From: Octopus bimaculoides
Taxonomy: Eukaryota
DNA: 64,000 nucleotides
Direction of reading: 5' to 3'
Assembly: GCF_001194135.2 (NCBI RefSeq)
Contig: NC_068981.1
Coordinates: 21,529,354-21,593,353 of the forward strand
The translations under genes were made by a program, and so were the position numbers. Below the pieces are notes generated by a model. The model was not told the origin of the DNA, did no database searches, and was given only the letters and a program-made list of their open reading frames with translations. Positions 26,439-39,372 of this stretch are shown one piece after another. Within the stretch, counting starts at the first letter, position 1. Each line of letters opens with the position of its first letter.

Positions 26439-27865
26439 TATGTATATATATATATATAATGACCTGGGGGTTTCTGGCACATCAAAACTCATTTAATCTA
26501 GAGGAGTGCAGGATGTTTCATAGGGAGATTTATTCTATTCTACAGTTGGTGTTTACAATGTCGAAAAATAAATGATAAATTCCAAGTTGTTCAGTGACAT
26601 TTTTGTGGCAAGAAATAACCATTTCAAAAAGCTACAAAATATTCTGATTCATGAATTTCAAGGAAATCTTTTGCTTCTCTGAGAAATTGTCAATAATTCT
26701 TTTATTTGATGTAATCAGAACAGTTTAGTTTGGAAGATTGTCTTTGTGAAATATTTGATTGTATTTAGAATTGAGAGGCCTCAAAATATACTTAATTAAT
26801 GTAAAAGTTTAAGCAGAAAAGAAGACATGGCTGTATGCCCTCATGGAAGTGGCAATATGCAATAATCAAAAAGAGAAATATGTTTGAAGTAAGGACTGTG
26901 TACGTATTACACAGTACTTGATACACAGGTCATTGCAAGAGATGCAGTAGAATCACAAATAGGCTGGCAGAGATGGAAGACTTCTATGTTGCAGATATAC
27001 AGGAGAAGTTAAAATTAAGGAAGTAAATTCTTTCAAATGTTTGGACCAAATTCCTAGAAATATTTGATAGGGGTTTAATTAGCAATGAAGGCGGGTGCTC
27101 CAAAAGGTCAGTAGCCAGCTTGAAAACAATGTGGAAAACTGGCAACAAAAGAAGTGTCTAAATGTAGAGTAAATTTTAAGATGCTTGCATAGAAAGTGCA
27201 GTTTTACATGATTTATCACCCAATAAATGTGAAAGTCAGAAAGAAATGAAGCATGTTCTGATGGATGTGTAGTGTTTAGTGTGCATGAACAATACAGCAC
27301 AAATTAACTTAAAGAAAATTCCAGATAAAAGCGGAATTAAATGTAATATGCCCGAAAGAGAGCACAGTGCCGGTACATGCATGTGATGTGTATGGAGGAT
27401 AACGGATGAATTAAGAAGAAATGAGCAATCCAAATGAAAGGAAACTTGCAGAAGAGAAACACTAGAGAAAATACAGGACAAACTGAGGACAGCTGAACAT
27501 CATAAAAGAAATGCTAAAAGGCTTTAACAAACGAGACTATGCCAGACAAGACTCATCCATCCATGGAAAAGTGAACATAAATGTGATGATGATGATTATG
27601 ATGATGTTTTGTATATAACTTATGACACATTTTGTTATGCAAAAATGTTCCTTTTATTCTAGTAAAAAACTTCTAGCAACAACTATTCAATGGAGATCTC
27701 TTGATATAATGTAATATTAATAATCTAATATATATATATCCTTGAAAATTACTTTAAAAAACCTGATGTTGATTCAATAGGTTTCATAGAAAGTTAGTAT
27801 TGCCTGAATACACTCCTTTGTTTTCACAGTCTTTAATGTTTATTGAACCTTATTTTCCCTGACAG

Positions 27866-27961
27866 ATGAGTGGCCTTCCCTCACTCCATCCGTAACATTT
27901 CCTTGCACAGCTCTTAAAGAGACCTGTTCCCAATTTAACATCACTGCTTTAGTTCATACAG
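27866..27961 (+). CDS. WDR59: WDR59 exon (phase 1-1): (N)EWPSLTPSVTFPCTALKETCSQFNITALVHT
   Basis: ttttccctgacag|...ACAG|gtatgt; 96 nt; joins 9792 and 33456 in frame. Confidence 0.75.
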
Positions 27962-29349
27962 GTATGTGACCACTAGAAGACTTATACTTTGCTAAAACTA
28001 CAGCACCTGCAAGAATTTACTATTGTCTTTTTTTTTTTATTTAGTTTTCTAGTTTTTGTTGTTTTTTTTTTTTTTTCGTATTAGTTCTGTCTCTAGGGAA
28101 TGCAACTGAAAACCTTGTTTCATTTCGCTGTTGTATCTTGTCTGTGTTTTTGTAAACATTCCGGAAATATTTGTTTTAGTAAATCTTCTATTTAGCTGTC
28201 ATTTGTTGTGGTCAACTCTTTTATTGTTTTTTTGCCTCCTCTCAGTTGTTTTTTTGTTTTTTTTAATGATGTATCAGTAGAGTTTAAAATATTGTGTTGT
28301 CGACTTTTCACTGCTGTCTTCACTTTCATGTTATTGTTTGTACTTCTTCCACATTATTGTCAAAAACAATTATGGCTGTAACTTAATTGATATTTCTATC
28401 TAATAAAAGACCAACAGGACAACATTTTCCTCATTAGAACACAAGCTTACTTTACAGCATTCTTAAATTTTGTAAAACCTCTCATTCCCTACACAGGGAA
28501 TTTTATATATTCAACAGGTCACTCACAGTAGCTTTATTATAATCATTGTTGTAAGATAACAGTAAGCATGAACTCTTGAATATAAATGAGCTAAGATTCA
28601 TATCTCAATTAGTACACTATAAGTGAATGGTATCCTTTTCATATGTTTCAAGACAAACCTCTGGTGACTAAGCCATGTCCATACAACATTACTCTTGCAG
28701 TTACTATTGCAAAATACACCTGTCATTTTGTTTCTGTTACTATGTTTTCTTTATGCACAGTACTCTTACCTCACACTCAATATGTGCAATAGTTCTAATC
28801 TCTGCCTCTCCCCAAATTAGTACCTTCTGTATTTCTGTTTCTGACTACAATAGTGCTCCAACTATCATAGACTTTGCACCGTTCAACCAGGCTCTGACAT
28901 TCCCAAATTGGTACAACTGTCAACAAAATGCCTGCAGTATTTTGCTACATCCTTGACATCCTGAGTGTTAATCCAGTGGAGGCTATCATCGCTTTCCATC
29001 TTTCAGAGCAATAAAATGAAGAACCAGTCAAAGACTGGGATTGGTATATATTGTCTTATAAAGCTCAGATGTGAATGGAATTATGATTGAAACCAATGTG
29101 TTTTTTATGAAATTAATTTACTTATGTCATTACCATGCTCATCTCTTTCAAAATAATTTATGTGAAGTCAAAATATTATAAGGCCAGTGACTATTATAAT
29201 GAATATTATAAGGTCACTGGTTGTTATGGTTATTATAAAGTCAACAACTTTGGTAATTATTAAAGAAGGAGGATTATTATATGGTAAATGACTAAATTAT
29301 TATAAGCTCAGTAATTGACTTTATTATTACAAGATCAGTGAGAAATATA

Positions 29350-29690
29350 ACTATTCTAAAGTCCACATTACTCCATAAGAAGCATAGGGCTGTGACCATT
29401 TTTATACCAGTGGATGCAATCTGGAGCTTCCACCTTGATTTCAGACCAAAAGAAACCGATTGCTCTCACTTCATCCTCCGTGCATCTTTTCCAGGTCTTC
29501 TTAGGTCATCCAACTTTCTTCTTTCCTTCAGGTTGCCACTCTAACACATGTCTTGCAATGCTATTTGGAGATCTCCTTAGAGTGTGACTGATGCAACCCC
29601 ATTTCCTTTTCAAAATTTCTTGATTGATGGGTGCTTGGTTTGTTTTAACCCACAGACATCTGTTTAAAATTTTGCCTGGCCACCAGATCT
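29350..29690 (-). mobile_element. RTE LINE 3' fragment inserted in an AT-rich degenerate minisatellite (~29170-29900)
   Basis: IWWPGKI...TNQAPINQEILKRKWGCISHTLRRSPNSIARHVLEWQPEGKKKVG; flanks share attataaagtcaacaact-type units. Confidence 0.85.
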
Positions 29691-30121
29691 TGATAAAGTC
29701 AATAACTTTTATAATTTTTATGAGATCAAAGATTATAATAATCATGATAAGGTTCTTGATTATCAAAATTATCGTAAGATCAACAACTATTCTAATTATT
29801 ATAAAGTCAATGATTATTATAATTATTTCATAGTCATTGACAATTATAATTATTATAAAATCAACAACTTTCTAATAATTATAGTCACTGATTATTATAT
29901 CTTTTCATTTTCTTTCTTCTAAAAGTTTCTTCTATGTTGCCATGTATAAAATTATTGTTATTAGTGTCAAGATAACAAAAGGCAGACATTATAGCGGGCC
30001 AGACTTGTGCCTTTAATTCCCATCTCCAAGGGTCAGTAACGTATAAAAATATACTAGAGTTGATACTATTGACTCTTAAACCTTCGTTGTAAATTTGTGG
30101 CCATGTACTAATTTTAGAAAT

Positions 30122-30157
<36 letters not shown>

Positions 30158-30329
30158 ATGAAAATATAAAGAATATGACCATGAAAGGTTTGAATTCCTA
30201 TGAAATATAATGGCAAGCAGAAAACATTCTCTGTAAGTTCCTGTTTTAAGCACTGTTCTAATTTATCAATATCATTTATTATATCATGAATTTGACATTT
30301 AGAAAATATATTTTACCATTGTTTTAAGC

Positions 30330-30859
30330 AGCTAATTTTGTGAATTAGTTGTATGCTGTCAACTTAATGTGACAGTCCCCTGAAGGGAATAATACTACTG
30401 TTGGTTAGACCTAGGAAGCTGCACCGCTTCCTGTCGGCCTTGACACATTTCCTGTGTCCTTATGTTTACAAGGGGGAGACAAGCACCTCCACCCAGCTAA
30501 GCCTGCATCCAGAGACATGTTTCTGAGTCGAAGATGCCTGTCAAGCTCTTGTAAACATATAATAATTCTAGTGAAATATATTCACTGATTTAAAATTTTA
30601 GAAATAATACATTTCTAAATCTCTCAGAGAGATTTATGCAGTAGTGATACGATGAAGTAGTTGTATGCTGTCAACTTAATGTGACAGTCCCCTGAAAGGA
30701 ATAATACTACTGTTGGTTACACCTAGGAAGCTGCAGCACTTCCTGTCGGCCTTGACACATTTCCTGTGTCCTTAAGTTGACAGCATACAACTACTTCATC
30801 GTATCACTACTGCATAAATCTCTCTGAAAGATTTAGAAATGTATTATAGCTAATTTTGT
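30330..30859. mobile_element. Composite tandem-plus-inverted insertion with 12-bp TSD
   Basis: agctaattttgt at 30330-30341 and 30848-30859; direct repeat 30346-30462 / 30658-30774; inverted repeat 30604-30679 / 30772-30847. Confidence 0.8.
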
Positions 30860-31841
30860 TTTGGCAGTGTATATATATATATAATAAAAATCAACAGTCA
30901 TCTATATAATATAATTTTATATATAAATTACTTATAAATGTATGTATATCATTTGACTTATAAAATAAATGACCTTATAATATGTTATTTTGGTTGAATC
31001 ACTTTCTTGCAATTTCAGGCAAGTTGTGACTGTCATAACTTGCTTGAAGACTCTGTGCACCCACAAGCAAAACTTAGAGTAGCAAGAGACTGATTCAACT
31101 AAAATATATTAATCTCTTCTCTGGTATTGAGTATTCTTTTATCCAATCCAATACTCAACACTAAATGGATGGATATATATATATATATATACACATGTAT
31201 GTATATATACATATATATTATGAGGTCAATATTCATCTGCTATAAGCATTCTATAAACATGAAAAATATATAAGGAAATTAACTACATAGTTTGTCATAT
31301 TGTTTTTGGTAAATCGTTTTATAATGCTTACATATAGTTAATCATGTTAGATATGTGTAGAGCCATTGTGAAATGTGTATATGCAGCTAGTGTGTAATGT
31401 GTGCATGTATGCACACATACATGTATGTGTATGTGTGTATGTACATAGAGTCAGTAAACGAATCAATATATATATATATATATATATACATGCATTCACA
31501 CCTGGCTGGTGATAGTTTGTATGATTGCCAAAATCAAGAAACTGCTTGTGATACAGGTGCATGTAAATTGGGTTAATTCCTTCAATACTAACACTAACAT
31601 TTTATTTATTATTTTTGTTGTCGTTTTCACCTTTAATGTTTGCATGTACAAAGTTATTTTAATATATATGTTTTGTATTGTTATATATAACTGGTTTCAT
31701 GTCAGTTTCCTGTTTCACCTGTTTCAAATTTTGATATCAACCCTCCAGCCATTTACTTTGATATATCTATCTATATATATAAAATTGAAGAAATTGGAGT
31801 GAAGAAAGAGTAGGTTGGACATTTATTTATTATTCACTACA

Positions 31842-32490
31842 ATTTGGTTGTGCAACTGTTTGTTTCTATAATGAGATGTAGTTGTGTTTCCTCAGGCAAT
31901 ATTCAAGTGTTGTCTCCATTAGTTTAAAATCATCAACTTCAGGGCCATCTCCTCTGTTTGTCATGGTTTGAATTTAGTAGTGGCTGATAGACCCATGGTG
32001 TGTGCCACAAGAGCACGTTTGTCAGACTGCTATGAATGGTAGTAGATGGTATTGGCTGGCATTTAAATTCGATGTGCATGTATGTGTGTATATAGGCATA
32101 TATGTATATATAGGTTTGTGTGTGAGAGTGTATGTGCGAGTCTGTGTGTATGTGAGCATGTGTCCAACTGCTTAATACTAAAGGTCAGCTTAAGAAATTC
32201 ACATGTGTAGCCAACCATGAAGAACAGACCAGAGATATAACCAAATAGAAGACCAATCCCATTTAAATGCCAGCCAGTACCATCTACTACTATTCATAGT
32301 CTGACAAATGTACTCTCACACACCATGGGTCTGTCAGCTGTTACTAAGTTCAAAACACAATGAACAGAGGAGATGGCCTTGAAGTTGACAATTTTAAACT
32401 AATGGAGACAACACTCCTATATATGTATATATCGCCTGAGGAAACACAACTAGATCTCATTATGCCAACACACAGTTGTATAACCAAATA
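31842..32490. repeat. Long inverted repeat (arms ~230 bp, spacer ~190 bp)
   Basis: 31842-32068 is the reverse complement of 32262-32490, with mostly transition differences and small indels. Confidence 0.9.
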
Positions 32491-32714
32491 CCTGTATTGT
32501 TAGAGAATTACGTTGTATCGAAACAATTGTAGCAAATAATAAATAAATGTTCAACCATACTCCTTCTTGACACCAATTTCTTCAATTTTATATTCACACA
32601 TGATGAATACCCAAATTCAAACTTGGAAGTATATAATACTACCGATAGTACTGGGTAATTCTCAAGGTGCACAAGCTTTATACTGTACTACCACATTCCT
32701 AACGGAATATAACA

Positions 32715-32761
<47 letters not shown>

Positions 32762-32831
32762 CAANNNNNNNNNNNNNNNNNNNNNNNNNNNNNNNNNNNN
32801 NNNNNNNNNNNNNNNNNNNNTTTTAAATAAA

Positions 32832-32867
<36 letters not shown>

Positions 32868-33455
32868 TATACACACATACATATGTATATATATACATAT
32901 TTCATATATATATATAATGTTTCTTTCTGCTATTTTGTTCTAATGACATGAAAGATGTAAGTGTTTAAATGGCTATTTCATAATGTAATGAGATATATAA
33001 TGTTGTTATATGATTCATAAAGAAGAATGAATGTGATTAATAAAGTAGTTGGTGTGTTTAATTGTTGACTGAAAATTTATTTTTGCCTTGAAAATTTTTC
33101 CAAAACATTAGATTAAAATAATTCCTGTTTGATATCTATATCTTATCAGCTAAATCATCATCATTGTTTAACATCCACGTTCCATGCTGGCATGGTTGAT
33201 GTCTATATTTGATTCATTTGCCACTACATAATTTGTCTTAACATTGTACCTTGTCACATTAAATTTGGTTGATTCAGATTTATTATTTAAATTATATTTG
33301 GTAAAGTATCCCAAATTTCTAGAAATATCATGTTAAAACATAATATTTCTAGAAATTTTTATGAACTTGTCTAGAAGATATTTGTAAACAGGTAAAAATT
33401 TATATGCATGTGCATTGTTTGAAATTATTCATCTTTCACTCCTGTTTATGTGAAG

Positions 33456-33570
33456 CCATCAATTTAAGACGTTCAAACAGTTGGTCAGATTCTTATGAAG
33501 GATTCAGATTTACGGAAAGTGGTAAAGATCAAAAGGAATCTGAAACAGAACAACATTCAAAAAACTGTTG
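33456..33570 (+). CDS. WDR59: WDR59 exon (phase 1-2): (A)INLRRSNSWSDSYEGFRFTESGKDQKESETEQHSKNC
   Basis: tttatgtgaag|...TGTTG|gtaagt; similar to vertebrate W.ESS.EELRF...RERERDQHDKNK; in frame with the LLDP exon. Confidence 0.88.
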
Positions 33571-33732
33571 GTAAGTTTTTAAAGATGTTTATTATCTTTG
33601 TTATGTGAAGTGTCTTGGGATGTGTTTTACTAAGCATTTTCTGGGAAAACCAATAAATAAATTATCATGATCATCATCTAACTCCTTAGTAATCAAATTA
33701 TTCTGTCAAATGCAATGCTTATTTATTCACAT

Positions 33733-34000
33733 TCATCATCATCATCATCATCATCACCGTTTAACGTCCGCTTTCCATGCTAGCATGGGTTGGACGATTT
33801 GACTGAGGACTGGTGAAACCAGATGGCAACACCAGGCTCCAATCTGATTTGGCAGAGTTTCTACAGCTGAATGCCCTTCCTAATGCCAACCACTCCGAGA
33901 GTGTAGTGGGTGCTTTTACATGCCACCGGCACGAAGGCCAGTCAAGGGGTACTGACAACGGCCACACTCGAAATGGTGTATTTTACGTGCCACCTGCACA
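33733..34000 (-). mobile_element. RTE 3' UTR/tail copy
   Basis: (cat)n-gtttaacgtccgctttccatgctagcatggg; the same sequence follows RTE ORF2 at 55870-56520. Confidence 0.9.
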
Positions 34001-34703
34001 ATCATCTATTATCTTGTAGCTTTGAGATTTTGATGATGTGTGTATTTTTAAAATGATATTGTAGGGTAGGTGTGAGTAGCTGGATTTGGTCAGTTTGAAC
34101 ATAAAGTAGGTAGAATATGTGGAACTATATTCTACCTATTTTATGGCCAGTTTAAATACCTAAGGGTTAAAGGTCATTTTGCATGCTGGCACGAGAAAGA
34201 TTATTTGACCCAGTACTGTATGGAATTCCAAGCTCAATTTTATCAAGGTTTCTGTGGCTGGATACCCTTCTTAATGCCAAACACTTTAAAGTGTACACTG
34301 GGTACTTTTTGTGCCACCTGACACTAGTGAAGTCACTATGTAACTTGCAAGACAGGAAAAGGAAAGGTAAAACCCCATCAACTGGGGAGGAGAAAGTGGG
34401 GCTATGGTATTTGAGAGGCAGAGGTGGCTTTATGCTAGGTGTCAAGAGTGAGACAAGTACAGGTTTCCTGCTATAGAGGAGCTACATGGCTACCCTACAT
34501 TATATGGGCTGGAATAACTGGTAAGGAAGAAGATAAAGATGCTAGTTAGTGATGTGGTGCCAGAGCAAAGTCTCAGGGTACAAGAAGGTGAGTGCAAGAG
34601 AAATTAAGGAGGTACATGAGATTTGAAAATCACTAGAATTTTGAAGTAATCACAAGCAGCAACTTTTTGATGGTGCACCCTTGGAGTTCTTAAGTATTAT
34701 TTC

Positions 34704-34915
34704 GTCATCATCATTTAACATCCATATTTCATGCTGGCATGGGTTGGATGGTTTGACAGGAGCTGGTAAGGCCAGGAGTTATATTAGGCTCCTTTGTCTG
34801 TTTTGGCATGGTTTCTATGGCTGGATGCCCTTCCTAATGCCAACCACTTTACAGAGTGTACTAGATGCTTTTTACATGACATCAACACCAGTGCTTTTTA
34901 TATGGCATTAGCATC
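34704..34915 (-). mobile_element. RTE 3' UTR/tail copy
   Basis: Same family tail, degraded. Confidence 0.8.
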
Positions 34916-34974
34916 AGTGCTGTTTATGAAAAATAGATAAATAAATAGAAATATATTATCTAAATTGTCAAATA

Positions 34975-35345
34975 TGGCTGTGTGGTAAAAAAAAGAGCTC
35001 ACTTTGCTTCCACGTGGTTTATCGGTTCAGTCCTACTACTTAGTACCCAGAGTAAGTGTCTTCTACTATAGCCCTGGACGGACCAATGCCTTGTGAATGA
35101 ATTTGCTTGATGGAAACTATATAGAAGCTTGTTATGTGTTTGTATGTGCCTTTGTGTCTGTGTTTGTTGCTCCCATCACTTGACAGCCAGTGTTGGTATA
35201 TTTACATCCCCATAACTTACTACTTCAGCATAAGAGACCAATAGAATCAATACCAAACTTAAAAAGTAAATACTGGGATTGATCTGTTTGACTAAGGTGG
35301 TGCCCCAGCATAGCTGAAACCCAATGACAGAATCAAGTAAAAGAT
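34975..35345 (+). mobile_element. tRNA-derived SINE family A (degraded)
   Basis: tggctgtgtggtaa head, gtgtcttctactatagcc core, taaggtggtgccccagca tail. Confidence 0.8.
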
Positions 35346-37044
35346 AACAGATATGAAACAGGCATCTCTTCCTCCATTTACAGGAACCCTTTGTCCAGCA
35401 TCTGTTTAGTGCTGGCCTTTATTTTAATTTACATTACTCACCACACTAGGCTTCTTGGTTGGCATTGGTACCTAGGTGGATTTTGACTCAGAATTTATAG
35501 AGCCAGGACACAAGGCATTTGACCCAACATTCCTACAGTTCTGCCAAACCAGATTATTATATTTGTATCCTGGTGCCACATAAAAAGCACTGATGACGGT
35601 GCCACATTAAAAGCACTGGTGCTACATAATAATCACTGGTGATGGTTCCATGTAAAAAGCATTTGTGATGGTGTCACATAAAAAGCACTCATGCTGTGCC
35701 TAGGAGGAGCATCCAACCATAGAAACCATGCCAGAATAGAAAATGAAGCCTGGAGTAGCCTCTCACATTACCAGATCTGTCAAACTGTCCAACCCATGCC
35801 AGTATGCAAAAAGTAGATGTTAAATTATGATGATTATGGTGTATCAACCCCAAAAAGATGAAAATCAGACTTGAACTCAGTGAGATTTGATCTCATGACA
35901 CAGAGAATCAGAACATATTGTGCTAAGCATTCAATCTGACATTGAAATGGCTTTGTTAGTGTGTTATCTTTCCAGATATGATTAATAGCAAATTATACAT
36001 TGTCTGTTTTGAGCCATTTAAAAAAAGGTATCCACTATTGTGTTTCACAGTATCCAACCATTTTATGATATCAACATCATCATGATCGTCTAACATTGAT
36101 TTTCCATGCTGGCATGGGTTGGATGATTTCACAGGAGCTGGGAAGCTGGAAAGCTGCACCAGGCTCCATTTGTCTGCTTTAGCATGCTGTCTATGACTGG
36201 ATGCCCTTCCTAATGCCAAACACTTAATAGTGTATTGGATGCATTTTATATGGCTCCTGGACAAATGCTTTTCATGTAGCACCAGCACAAGTGCTTTTTA
36301 CATGACACCACCACAAGACCTTTTTACATGACAACAGCACAGGTGCTTTTTATATGGCACCAGTCTTGTCACTATATACCATGCAAGACAAACACCTAGT
36401 TGAATGACAGAGATTACAGTTTTACTTAAAGGCTTAAGATAACATTATTAGGCATGACAAATGAATGTGCTAAAAGAAAAAATTTCCAGTACCCCTGCTC
36501 TAATTTCATAATCTCAGCCTATATTACATTGCTAACACTGACCATAGATAAGCTTGCATTGTTCAAACATTTACAGACATCATTCAATGCTATAGGTGTG
36601 GCTATAACTTCACAGGATATGCTGTCCCAAGATTTTGAAACTTGATCATTGACTAGTCTCTATTTTAAAAATGGTTGGGAATGGATTGCACTAGTTCTGT
36701 TTGTGTGTTGCACTGTGTAAATAGGTGTGGTTTATATGAGAGAGGATATCGGTTTGACTAGTAACACTAGTCTTCCACTGATTTCTTTATATGTTATATC
36801 TGACTATATTGCTTAGGATAACCTACCATTCAGGTTATACGGAACAACCTGAATTACGTAATCATAGTCTCTTTCTCCCACCCCACTGTATATATGTGGA
36901 TTCTTATGTAAATAAAATTACAGTTGCATCATTCTACACATGATTGCATCATTCTACACATGCTTTAATTCTAACCATGTAATTACACATATTTGTGTGT
37001 GTGTGTGTGTGTATCATATACACATATTTGTGTATGTATGTTTG

Positions 37045-37082
<38 letters not shown>

Positions 37083-39372
37083 GGGGGGGGGTATGTATCA
37101 TCATTCTTGTTTAACGTCTGCTTTCCATACTGGCATGGGTTGGATGGTTTGACTGAAGTCCAATGATTGAGTCAAATAAAAGATAACAGATATGAAACAG
37201 TTATCTCTTCCATTTACAGGAACCCTTTGTCCAATATCTGTTTAGTGCTAGCCTTTATTTCAGTTTACGTTACCTACCACACTAGGCCTCTAGGTTGGCA
37301 TTGGCACATTTTTGGCACCTTCGTGGATTTGGCTCAGAATTTAGAGAGCCAGGACATTTACCACAAGGCATCTGATCCAACATTTCTACAACTCTGCCAA
37401 ACCATCAACCTAGATTGTTATATTTGTGTCATTATACCACAAAAGGTACTGGTGCCATGCAAAAAGCAATGGTAATGGTGTCACATAAAAAGTGCCAGTG
37501 ATGATACCACATAAAATGTATAAAATAGTACTGATGCCACATAAGGAGCACCAATGCTGGTGCCACATAAAAAGCATTCGTGCTGATGCCACATATAAAG
37601 CACTTATGTGGGTTCCACAAAATGCACTAGTGATGGTGCCACATATAAAGCATTCAGTAAAGTGGTTGATATTTGGAAGGGCATTTAGCCATAGAAACCA
37701 TGCCAGGATGGTCAGTGGAGCCTAGTGCAAACCCCAGCCTTACCAGCTCCTGTCAAACTATCCAACCCATGCCAGTATGGAGAAAAAATGTTAAATGATG
37801 ATGATGATGATGATGATGTATCAGCCCCAAAAGGATGAAAAGCAAACTTGAACTCAGTGAGATTTGATCTCAGGACACAGAGAATCAGGACATATTGTGC
37901 TAAACATTCAATCTGACATTGAAATGGCTTTGTTAGTGTGTTATCTTTCCAGATATGATTAATAGCAAATTATACAATGTCTGTTTTGAGCCATCNNNNN
38001 NNNNNCAAATTATACAATGTCTGTTTTGAGCCATCCATAAAATGGTATCCACTATTGTCTGTTTTACAGTATCCAACCATTTTATATCAACACTATCATG
38101 ATTTTATGATATCAACACTAACATCAATTTTCCTTGCTGGCATGGGTTGGAAGGTTTGACAGGAGCTGGGAAGCTGGAGAGAGCTACACCAGGCTCCATT
38201 TGTCTGCTTTGACATGCTGTCTATGACTGGATACCCTTCCTAATGCCAACCACTTAACTGTGTATTGGATGCATTTTATATGGCCCCTGGACAAATGCTT
38301 TTCATGTAGCACCAGCACAAGACCTTTTTACATGACAGCAGCACAGGTGCTTTTTATGTGGCATCAGTCATGTCACCATATACCATGCAAGACAAACACC
38401 TAATTGAATGACGGAGATTACAGTTTTACTTAAAGGCTTAAGATAACATTACTAGGCATGACAAATGGATGTGTTAAAAGAAAAAAATTCCAGTACCCCT
38501 GCTCTAATCTCATAATCTCAGTCTATATTACATTGCTAACACTGACAATAGACAAGCTTGCATTGTCCAACATTTATAGACATCATTGAATGCTATAGGT
38601 GTGGCTATAACTTCACAGGATATGCTGTCCCAAGATTTTGAAACTTGATCATTGACTAGTCTCTATTTTAAAAATGGTTGGGAATGGATTGCACTAGTTC
38701 TGTTTGTGTGTTGCACTGTGTAAATAGGTGTTGTTTATATGAGAGAGGATATCGGTTTGACTAGTAACACTAGTCTTCCACTGATTTCTTTATATGTTAT
38801 ATCTGACTATATTGCTTAGGATAACCTACCATTCAGGTTATACGGAACAACCTGAATTACGTAATCATAGTCTCTTTCTCCCACCCCACTGTATATATGT
38901 GGATTCTTATGTAAATAAAATTACAGTTGCANNNNNNNNNNTTATATGATTGTGTATAGAGGAATATATTATTTTGTTTAAAAAAGTTCCAACTCTGTCT
39001 GTTTTTTATGTTTTATTTATATTCTTGTAAAATTAATGTGGGATATAGAATATGGAATATACAATATATAATATAAAAATGGATGGTACAATGAAATAAA
39101 GTATTGAATGTCTTATTGAATATATGGAATATGTCTTATTGAATAGATGAAATATTGAGTGTTCAATATAAAGGATTAAATATATAAAGGCGAATACGTA
39201 TTTTCTATACCTTGTGGTATTTCATCATGGCCGGTACGACTGATGTATATATATCATATACACATATTTGTGTGTGTATGTATGTATATATGTGTGGTGG
39301 CGGGGTGTATGTATCATCATTCTCGTGTAACGTCTACTTTCCATACTGGCTTGAGTTGGATGGTTTGACTGA
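35321..39372. repeat. Tandem duplication of a ~1.9-2.2-kb intronic segment (35321-37158 and 37160-39372)
   Basis: Both copies carry the same ordered mosaic: SINE tail, + RTE tail, SINE B remnant, - RTE tail, unique sequence, truncated - RTE tail. Confidence 0.85.

Noticed and set aside
33469-33570. WH2-like LRKV reading of the exon as the main frame
   Set aside because: The other frame matches WDR59 and joins the LLDP exon correctly. Kept only as a low-interest alternative-acceptor idea.
37967-38036. Short direct repeat caaattatacaatgtctgttttgagccatc either side of a 10-N gap
   Set aside because: Typical unmerged contig overlap; assembly artefact.
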